Below are positions 57,701 through 64,000 of a stretch of 64,000 nucleotides of DNA, piece by piece; position 1 is the first letter of the stretch; every line of letters starts with the position of its first letter. The stretch is taken from NCBI GenBank assembly GCA_017621415.1, contig JAGATD010000045.1:9270-73269 (forward strand), written 5' to 3'. This DNA comes from Clostridia bacterium (GTDB lineage Bacteria; Bacillota; Clostridia; Oscillospirales; CAG-272). Position numbers and translations under genes: made by a program. Under the pieces are notes generated by a model. That model saw only the letters and a list, made by a program, of their open reading frames with translations, was not told the origin of the DNA and made no database searches.

Positions 57701-60022
57701 TGTGTACCAGGTGTTTTGCTCAAGAATTGCCACAGGAGCGGATTTGCTTCCTACCGCAAGTCTGCCATCTGCAAGAGGATAGAAGCAAACAGTCCAGAAT
57801 CTTGCGCCGTCGTTATACATTGCAAGTCTTGCATTCCAGGGATCGTTAGTCGAAGCAGTACCGCCAAGATACTTCATCTTTAATTGCAGCGTGTACTTCT
57901 TACCGCTAAAGCCGGTTGCAACCTTTCCTAAATAAGACTCGTAGCCTTCGTTAAGCTTACCGTAATGAAGCACATTACTATTGTTATTATCAGTTATGTA
58001 AGCGTAAGAATACTTTTCATCCTCAAGGGCTTCGGGCTCTGTGTCAAACTCAACATGGCTCGACGAACCAAAGATATCTTTAAGCTCAGCTGTCTCAAAG
58101 TCTGCAGCATTGTACATGTTGAATCTTGTTTTGATAATGGTGCCCATGGAGCTTAAAAGCTCTTCGAACTGATACCAGTCGTATTTTGTATAAATAGATG
58201 GCTGATAGTCTCTTAAACCAAGAGCATTAAAGAGATAACCCGCAATACCCGCTATAGAAATATTAGTAGCGTTTACGTCACCCTCATTCATTCCCTGAAT
58301 AGCAACGGGCATACCCTGAGAAAAGGCGGAAGTTGCATCAGGTGTAAAGGAGAACGATCCGTCTTCCTTTCGGAAAGGAGCGTATTTTTCTGCTCCGACT
58401 TCAATATACTCGGCAGCATTTGTGAGAAGCTCATCTCTAATATCAGCAGCGAGGGCCCTGTCTTCGTCACTTGCCTGTGATCCGTTAAGCGAATTTATGA
58501 TATTGTCCAGAGCAAACCATACGTTATACACCCAACAGACAGTGCCTGCGGGAGTATCCGAGGTAAGAGTATCTATACATGTTTTTGCCGCATTTTCCGC
58601 ATTAGGAATCGCATATCCGCCCTCAACATACACAGCGCTTACTTTAAGGAAGCCGTTGACAGCCTCGTCGCTGTAACCGGGGGTAAAGCTTTCAAACATA
58701 CCTGTTTCGGGATTTTGGAGATTATTAAGGAAGTTGATACAAACATCCATACGACCCTTAGCCTTTATCTGCTTTGCCTGAGCGGCAAGAGTGTTTCCGG
58801 GTTCGTAAGAGCCCGACTTCCAATCAAAGTGATTAAGGTATGCAAGGAACGCCTCATCGCTTTCAAGATAATCGGCAGCGGCAGGAGTTACCTTTGAAAC
58901 CTTGGAAACAAGAGAGCGTACCGGAGTGGCTAAGGATGCGGTAAGAGCCGCCCCTGAGTTCGAGCCCGGCGCACCGAGAGTTCCATTAACGCCGTTCGGG
59001 GTATCGTAAAGAGGCTTTGCGCCAAACATACCGAGAGTATTCTCTGCCCAGGTAAGGTCACGTCCTCTTCTGTTATCGGTAGTAACAAATTCTACCCATT
59101 GGGGATGGTAAAAATAGCCGTCTTCAGAGCTCTGAAGTCCCTGAACAAAGGAGACTATCTGTTTGCTTATCTCCTTAGGAAGATTGGCGTTGAGATTAGA
59201 CTGCATACCAGTGTTTATTATAAAGTTAAGCGCCTGGTTTGTAGACTCTATATCAGGAAGAAAGCCTACAGTATCGCGGGCAGAAACAGAATAATAAAAT
59301 CCTCCGATATCGGGGTCATAGAGGTTGGCGAGCCAAACATACGCATCGGGAGAATAAAGTGAGTAAAGCTTCTTTACAGCCGCTACGATAGCGTCGCCGT
59401 CATAGCCGAGAGTATCTATACGGTTCTTAAGAGCCTCGTACTCATCGTTTCTAATCTTGTTAGAAAGCTCGGCATATTTTTCTTTAAGATCAAAAAAGTC
59501 GCTTACATCAGTGCCTGCATCCATTTTAACCCTGCCACCTGAGTCGGGGACTAAAATCTCGTTAAGAAGCGCATCAAAAGCCACATCAAGAGCAACATCG
59601 TAATCAAAGGCAATACCAATTGAATTACCGTCTGAATATATTGCGTACCCTGCGTAAAGAGCGCCCTTGTCCTGAAGCTCCATATTGCTTAGCTTACGGT
59701 AAGCCTTCTGAGAAATCTCACGGTTCTCAACCTTGCCTATTACTATTTCGTGAGCACCGGCAGGAGCAGAACCGTCAACCAGAATAGGGTCTTTTTCTGT
59801 TGCATACCAAATTGCATCGTACAGTTCATCGGGAAGACTGCGGTCTTTATCAAGCACAATGTAGACCTGGCTGCCGCTCTCCATAATAAAATCCTCGACT
59901 ACAGCTTGCTCGCCGCTGTCAGGCTTCTTATCAGTTTCGTCAACCGCGCATGACGCAAGGGTCAACACTATGATTAAGAGGAGAGAAAGTAGCGTAAAAT
60001 AGCGTTTTTCAAATTTCTTCAT
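54791..60022 (-). CDS. giant lipoprotein C: N-terminal alpha/beta domain + alpha/alpha-toroid-like domain + 5 LamG/ConA-like modules
   Basis: Lipobox LTLAS-C. The toroid motif set spans roughly aa 180-640. There are five beta-sandwich modules, and modules 3 and 4 are a tandem duplicate. Confidence 0.85.
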   Translation of the reverse strand: MKKFEKRYFTLLSLLLIIVLTLASCAVDETDKKPDSGEQAVVEDFIMESGSQVYIVLDKDRSLPDELYDAIWYATEKDPILVDGSAPAGAHEIVIGKVENREISQKAYRKLSNMELQDKGALYAGYAIYSDGNSIGIAFDYDVALDVAFDALLNEILVPDSGGRVKMDAGTDVSDFFDLKEKYAELSNKIRNDEYEALKNRIDTLGYDGDAIVAAVKKLYSLYSPDAYVWLANLYDPDIGGFYYSVSARDTVGFLPDIESTNQALNFIINTGMQSNLNANLPKEISKQIVSFVQGLQSSEDGYFYHPQWVEFVTTDNRRGRDLTWAENTLGMFGAKPLYDTPNGVNGTLGAPGSNSGAALTASLATPVRSLVSKVSKVTPAAADYLESDEAFLAYLNHFDWKSGSYEPGNTLAAQAKQIKAKGRMDVCINFLNNLQNPETGMFESFTPGYSDEAVNGFLKVSAVYVEGGYAIPNAENAAKTCIDTLTSDTPAGTVCWVYNVWFALDNIINSLNGSQASDEDRALAADIRDELLTNAAEYIEVGAEKYAPFRKEDGSFSFTPDATSAFSQGMPVAIQGMNEGDVNATNISIAGIAGYLFNALGLRDYQPSIYTKYDWYQFEELLSSMGTIIKTRFNMYNAADFETAELKDIFGSSSHVEFDTEPEALEDEKYSYAYITDNNNSNVLHYGKLNEGYESYLGKVATGFSGKKYTLQLKMKYLGGTASTNDPWNARLAMYNDGARFWTVCFYPLADGRLAVGSKSAPVAILEQNTWYTLTFEYFAEENVCHFYANGKHIGKAGVVDTSKNDNGYARALLELKNQSTASFYFDDILVKKEKEDYVEPPLEIGDAKGDFYKNAENKGTRKDYDAMFATVPNLASGSAFSSLNIVDGDLEFKKLNGDGESCIQWDVPANSTFTTPILIFESDIKFSGITAASFGKIRLYSKDKEITFTTTLKDGLVTISPMSGTAQKTDKVTIPVEEWHNLRFEVDYTSSTIHIFVDNKHINTWTKVKFTDQPGSRRILVYLYRAETKGAVLMDNIFYGLVEDGSFETVIPDGSDEPVTPEIVLPPAVSGTENNGKGDYYSGTVAGISGATKDYASGTAPKLEVPSSRVASAVAEIADGVLKFYKINTDNEEYFKQSYTTPSTTLTNGVAIWESDLSFGNATEGKLGRITVCVNGLEVVIGLHVGNDGKLYFGTEHNVWADSPALDAGKWYNVRFEYYYHETTKSGATGVVKVYLNNEFACTMTGVGVNARSSWTDIRNLMYLAGPQKSAYLFIDNLYLGFDDMQRTPDPEVNPDNPGDEDDATANNGKGAYYTGALTGTNLIKNDFTSGTAPALQLWPTDRTPNAVAEITDGMLKFYKTATDYEEYFLYSGDIPADLVKGVAIWEADVSFGDAAAGVIGRMTICANGLELVVGIHAGEDGKIYLGAEKAAAENSPAFEAGKWYNIRLEYAYHEAAAGNTNTVDLYVNNEFACTMTGIGVTARSWTNARNLYYLAKEQEKAYFYIDNYYFGFIDENVAVEPEEPEAPATNKGTGVYYNDKSVDGDRYSYDEADAVAPTIGDGASHCTSELSDGVAVFKKTTNDGESYLKFSKGGQNWDADNYCTVIEFDYKLDTETAITTYYHHRFRLDSSDYLDLYLNSDTETYSIGAKDTAAIEVGKWHNIRFEIYFIEDSANGNREYAKVYIDNEYATTKQLATASGYNGRLLVYLAKQIVVDTTVVNIDNMFFGHMDKAYVEETTN
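55478..56797 (-). repeat. tandem in-frame duplication of a ~625-nt LamG-like module (55478-56100 and 56171-56797)
   Basis: Both copies start NNGKG(D/A)YY(S/T)G and end (L/F)(F/Y)IDN(L/Y)Y(L/F)GF. Shared runs include KGVAIWE(S/A)D, AGKWYN(V/I)R(F/L)EY and NNEFACTMTG(V/I)GV. Confidence 0.85.
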
Positions 60023-60046
60023 AACAATTTCCTTTCATATAATATT

Positions 60047-61297
60047 TTAATCTAATTTAAGGTTTGCAAGGAAAATTTCATAGTCCTCATCCGAGAACAG
60101 AGGAACTCTATATTCTCCCGCGTCAAATGCCTGATAAATATTATTTATAAGTCCCGATGTACAAAGAACACTGGCATTCACATCACTCTCGGGAGTGTTC
60201 TGAACCGCAACCCAAGCCTGTTGAGACTTGAATGCCGAATACTCCCTGTGATAAGAGAATGCGCCGTCTGCCTTGCGGAATACCTCGGTCTTAAACCTTG
60301 CTGAGCGAATTGCCTCGGGGGCAACCGCTATCAGCTTCTTTGCTACCCTGTCTGCTGTTTCGTTGTCGCCTACCTTTCTAAGCGAACGAAGAATGTTATA
60401 GAGCGCATAATAACAGTTATATAGGTGACAAACGGTTGTGCCTATTTCGTCAGAGGTAAGTAATGCTATGGTAGAATCTGCCGCAAGCTCTGCCATATTT
60501 ATAGGCGCTCCCGCATCGATATAAAATGCCGTTATTTTAAGGAAGCCGTTTATACCATAGTGCATATCCGATTTTTCGCTCCAATATCCATTCTTTGGAT
60601 TTTGGAACCTGTTAAGATATTCAACACAGGTATCCGCAAGACCTGCGGCAATTATCTGCCTACCCTGAGCTGCTACGGTATTTCCGGCATAGTATGAATC
60701 CTTTTCCCAATCAAAGCTCTCGAGATACTGAATGAATTTTTCTTTCGAGGTAAGATGCTCAGGAAGCACCGATGCCGCAGCCTTCTTTTCCTCCTCGGTT
60801 TTTGCTGCCGCAAGAGCCTTAAGCCTGTCATTCGCGGTAGGATACGGGAGAGCAAAGCCGAGCTTCTTTGACATATCTACCGCCCACATAAGGTCCCTGC
60901 CCCTGCGGGAATTTGAAATATCCTTGCCCCACTGGGGATGATATATATATCCGTCATCCGGGTCAAGAAGAGAACAAACGAACTCTGCCATTTTCTTTTT
61001 CATAGCATCGGGGAGCTTATCCGGTGAGCTTACCATTCCGGAATTAACAAGAAGATTTACTGCCTGGTTTGTAGACTCTATATCCGGCAGGAACGGCTCA
61101 TTGTCTCTTGCCGAATTTGAATAATAAAATCCGCCCGTTTTGTGGTCATAAAGCCCTGCAAGCCATTTAGGCAGAGCCTCTGTATACATAGCGTATACTT
61201 CCTTAAACGCGCTGACGACCGCAGCGCCGTCTGCCCCTCTGGAGTCAAAATGCTCCTTAAGAGCCTGCCATTTTAGTTCAATTTCCTGTCTTGTCAT
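60047..61297 (-). CDS. signal-less alpha/alpha-toroid-like protein C
   Basis: Motifs LYDHKTGGFYYS, LPDIESTNQ, DGYIYHPQWG, RRGRDLMWA, NGYWSE, DGAFSY and ESDVNAS. It lies 24 nt upstream of giant C. Confidence 0.8.
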   Translation of the reverse strand: MTRQEIELKWQALKEHFDSRGADGAAVVSAFKEVYAMYTEALPKWLAGLYDHKTGGFYYSNSARDNEPFLPDIESTNQAVNLLVNSGMVSSPDKLPDAMKKKMAEFVCSLLDPDDGYIYHPQWGKDISNSRRGRDLMWAVDMSKKLGFALPYPTANDRLKALAAAKTEEEKKAAASVLPEHLTSKEKFIQYLESFDWEKDSYYAGNTVAAQGRQIIAAGLADTCVEYLNRFQNPKNGYWSEKSDMHYGINGFLKITAFYIDAGAPINMAELAADSTIALLTSDEIGTTVCHLYNCYYALYNILRSLRKVGDNETADRVAKKLIAVAPEAIRSARFKTEVFRKADGAFSYHREYSAFKSQQAWVAVQNTPESDVNASVLCTSGLINNIYQAFDAGEYRVPLFSDEDYEIFLANLKLD

Positions 61298-61574
61298 TTT
61301 GTTTGCCCCTTGCTAAATAGTACTTGATAGTTGCACAAATCGCCTTGTACAGAGAAAACGAAAAGCGCTTTATACAATAATATTTTATCATAGTATTTAG
61401 TTATTTGTAAATGCATTTTTTCACTGTTTTGAACAAAAATGGTGGACTATTTTACTGACAAAATGTGGATAATATAAGACAAAATATCTAATATATTAAT
61501 GTTCTGTTTGTAATTAACAAAAATTCTTCTTCTTTTTTGTATACATTTAACAATTGCATTTTTTAACTGCAAAA

Positions 61575-61610
61575 AGCAAAAAAACACCCGACAGCCGAAA
61601 GCTGTCGGGT
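61575..61610 (-). terminator. rho-independent terminator after the 471-aa gene
   Basis: Minus strand reads ACCCGACAGC-tttcg-GCTGTCGGGT followed by GTTTTTTTGC. Confidence 0.8.
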
Positions 61611-61634
61611 AAGCATAAAGCAAGGTTGTATTTA

Positions 61635-63050
61635 TTATTTCGGGTCGCCTTTAACAAAGGTCTTTGTAAAATGACCAACGTAGACGTTATCTACATATAG
61701 GTCAGCATCAGAGTCTGCACCCCGCTCGTTTGAGGTAAGGCATATCTCCGAGGTTCCCTCACTTCCTTTATTGGTAGCAATGTCAAAAACAAACTCATTG
61801 TTGACAAACACCTTTAGAACCGCCTTGTCATAATAATGCTCAAATCTTATGGTGGACCACTGTCCGACAGGTGTGCCAAGTGGTACATATTCGCTGCCAA
61901 CATTCATACATAGCTTGTAGCCTGTGCCATAGGATTCATCATATGTATTTTTATAAAACACGGGGTAGGTCTGCTTTGCCATCTTTATCTGAATGGGATA
62001 AGAGCTTATCGCCTGATTAAGCTTAAAGTCAAATTCGAATACTGTTACATTATACGATGCAGGGTATGAGAGCGAATATTTTGCGCTCATTTCCTTAGAT
62101 TCGGCGCTTCCGTCTTCAAAGTGAAGAGCGCCGTCTGCAATCTCGAACTTACCTGTACTGCCGCTATATGAGATATCGCCCGAGGAAATAGCCCCAAGTG
62201 TATCATAATCAACACGCCTGCCCGCCTCGTCAGAGAGATAGTAATCTCCCTTTGCATCTGTGTAAGCAGGAGATACGGAAATTATGCCCAAAACCTCAAC
62301 CGTGTCTCCGTTTTCCACCGATGCGGTTGTTATCTCATCACCGTAGTAAGTAACAGTCCACTTGTTCAAAAATCTTTTATCAGCGGAGAGTGTTTCGTCT
62401 GCGGTAACCGCCGTGTAAAAGCTGCCCGAAGACAGCATTGAGTCCTTTCCGTTAGCAAAAACGGCATTTGCGCCTCCTATAAAGCTATAGTCAGAAACAA
62501 GCGTAATGCCCTGTTCTCCGTAATAATTTCTGAACAGCTCCTGCGAGCTTTCAGCATAAGCAAGATAGTCGAGATAAAGAGATTTCTGCCTTATAGCAAG
62601 TGCATTGTCGAAAGATGCGTTTATTATACCGTCAGAATAAAGACGCTCAAAGAAATATTCAGCTACACTGTACTTTAGAGGCTCGCTTTCCCTGCCGCCC
62701 GACCTGACAACAACGGAATATTCGTCGCATACAGCGCTTGCGGGAACTCCCTCCATGGTAAAAATGAGCGCTCCGTCTACTCCGTTTATTGCTACGTCAG
62801 ACTCCTCGTAGCTTGATATTGTTTTTTCGGTGCCGTCAGGCTTTGTTAATATTAACTTTATGTCATTTTTATCAACACCTATGGGAGATACTGCAAATCT
62901 AAGCGCTGTTTTGTCGGTATATACAATATTTTTGCCTATAATTTCGGGAATACAGTCCTCACTTGCCGTGCTTGAAACCGCAAAGACAGACACAATGATA
63001 ATAAAGGAAACTGCGAAAACAAAAAGCTTTAAAGATTTTGAACTGAACAT
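61635..63050 (-). CDS. Sec-secreted beta-sandwich protein C1 with C-terminal LamG-like module
   Basis: Signal peptide ...VSSTAS/ED and the shared YSVAEYFFERLY region. The C-terminus reads WSTIRFEHYY...KVFVNNEFV...LYVDNVYVGH. Confidence 0.8.
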   Translation of the reverse strand: MFSSKSLKLFVFAVSFIIIVSVFAVSSTASEDCIPEIIGKNIVYTDKTALRFAVSPIGVDKNDIKLILTKPDGTEKTISSYEESDVAINGVDGALIFTMEGVPASAVCDEYSVVVRSGGRESEPLKYSVAEYFFERLYSDGIINASFDNALAIRQKSLYLDYLAYAESSQELFRNYYGEQGITLVSDYSFIGGANAVFANGKDSMLSSGSFYTAVTADETLSADKRFLNKWTVTYYGDEITTASVENGDTVEVLGIISVSPAYTDAKGDYYLSDEAGRRVDYDTLGAISSGDISYSGSTGKFEIADGALHFEDGSAESKEMSAKYSLSYPASYNVTVFEFDFKLNQAISSYPIQIKMAKQTYPVFYKNTYDESYGTGYKLCMNVGSEYVPLGTPVGQWSTIRFEHYYDKAVLKVFVNNEFVFDIATNKGSEGTSEICLTSNERGADSDADLYVDNVYVGHFTKTFVKGDPK

Positions 63051-63089
63051 TATTCTTTTTCCTCTTAAGTTATTTGTAATACGTCACCT

Positions 63090-63118
63090 ATTTTATCATA
63101 TTTTGTCGAATTTGTAAA
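63090..63118 (-). promoter_or_regulatory. sigma-A type promoter (TTTACA-N17 with TGa-TAAAAT) for the 471-aa gene
   Basis: On the minus strand, TTTACA lies at 63118-63113, followed by a 17-nt spacer ending TGA and TAAAAT at 63095-63090. Confidence 0.45.
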
Positions 63119-63146
63119 TATATTTAGCATTCTTTGGCAAAAATCC

Positions 63147-63184
63147 GCAAAAAACACCCGACAGACCGTGAAGCCTGTCGGGTG
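63147..63184 (-). terminator. rho-independent terminator after the partial paralog
   Basis: Minus strand reads CACCCGACAG-loop-CTGTCGGGTG followed by TTTTTTGCGG. The stem sequence is nearly identical to the terminator at 61575-61610. Confidence 0.8.
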
Positions 63185-63199
63185 GGGTGGATTTATATT

Positions 63200-64000
63200 T
63201 TAGTTTGTTGGAGTTCCATCTTCAACAATTCCTAGGTAAATGTTATCAATAGTGAACTTCTGTCCGCCATATCCTGATGAAGCATGCTTAAGAATAATGC
63301 GTTTACTTGATGATGTGGAATAAGTCACATCTGCTACTTTTACTACTTCATTATCTACGCAATACACAAGCTTATTATTAGAATAGTCACACTCAAATCT
63401 TATATTTTTAAGTTCATTTATTTTAACAGATATTCCATTAGCTTCTGAACCTGTATATATCTTCACTTCGCCTGAAACAAGTTTCATATTCACGGTGATT
63501 GTATATCCACAATTTGACAATTCAAGTTGAGCAAATGCTCCTCCGGTATATGTAGCATAGAAAGATATATCCGACTCAAACACATAAACAGGAGTGGAAA
63601 AATCGTCGGTTGGAACATCATAGTTGTATCTAATATAGGATTCTGTACCGCTACCATTTTGAAGTTTTTTTAAACTTAGCGCACCATCAGCAACACTAAG
63701 TTCTGCTACAGCGGTTTCATTCTTGTTGGGGATACTAACAGTAGGCATGCTAGGATTTTCTGCGTCAAAATCAATGCGAGTTCCCGCATTCTCGCTGAGA
63801 TAAAAATCACCTGTAGCATCTGTATAAACAGGAGTTACGGCTATGATGCCATTTGCGGTAACGGTTGCGCCGTTTTCAACAGTTTCGGTAGTTACGGTCT
63901 CGCCGTAAGTAGTAACAGTCCACTTGCCTGTAAAGGTCTTATCAGCTGCGAGGTCTGCATTTGCGGTAACTGTGGTGGTGAAGCTTTCGGGGGAAATCAT
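63200..64000 (-). CDS. Sec-secreted beta-sandwich protein C2, C-terminal part (5' end outside window)
   Basis: It aligns to residues ~200-471 of the 61635-63050 product (KWTVTTYGETVTTETVENGATV... against KWTVTYYGDEITTASVENGDTV...). The M at the window edge is not the true start. Confidence 0.75.
   Translation of the reverse strand: MISPESFTTTVTANADLAADKTFTGKWTVTTYGETVTTETVENGATVTANGIIAVTPVYTDATGDFYLSENAGTRIDFDAENPSMPTVSIPNKNETAVAELSVADGALSLKKLQNGSGTESYIRYNYDVPTDDFSTPVYVFESDISFYATYTGGAFAQLELSNCGYTITVNMKLVSGEVKIYTGSEANGISVKINELKNIRFECDYSNNKLVYCVDNEVVKVADVTYSTSSSKRIILKHASSGYGGQKFTIDNIYLGIVEDGTPTN

Noticed and set aside
63998-64000. The ATG at the window edge as the start of the last gene.
   Set aside because: The product aligns to residues ~200 onward of its 471-aa paralog and lacks the signal peptide and N-terminal domain. 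The gene almost certainly continues beyond nt 64000.

Overview
This looks like a chromosomal segment from a Clostridia-type Firmicute. That guess rests on gene order (holB-ricT/yaaT-yabB-rsmI, tig-clpP-clpX, trmK-nif3, lepB-rbgA-rnhB-yraN) and a DUF1540 gene; no database search was possible. About half the window is ordinary housekeeping: valS (partial), prfB, metG-tatD-radical SAM, thrC, an alanine:cation symporter and similar genes. The rest is taken up by three copies of one uncharacterised gene cassette, all on the minus strand: locus A at 14054-21165, locus B at 25121-38112 and locus C at 54791-64000. Each cassette encodes three proteins. The first is a giant lipoprotein (1318, 2019 or 1743 aa) with an N-terminal alpha/beta domain, an alpha/alpha-toroid-like domain and 3-6 LamG/concanavalin-like beta-sandwich modules. 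The second is a 416-472 aa paralog of the toroid domain alone, with no signal peptide. The third is a ~470-500 aa Sec-secreted protein whose last module resembles the last module of its giant partner. Loci A and B also carry a conserved 42-45 aa micro-ORF ending in DD[NS]W, which falls below the ORF-track cutoff. Locus B additionally contains a PocR-AraC regulator, a clan GH-A-like hydrolase and an MFS transporter, and locus A abuts a GH43 gene, so a glycan-capture or glycan-degradation role is the leading, unproven hypothesis. Other oddities are an AGTGAAGTT/AACTTCACT repeat array, a 33-bp tandem array over a consensus promoter, an orphan unit bounded by a promoter and a terminator after clpX, and a frameshifted metallophosphoesterase 5' end. 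I saw no tRNA or rRNA genes, CRISPR arrays, transposases or integrases. All family names come from motif recognition by eye.
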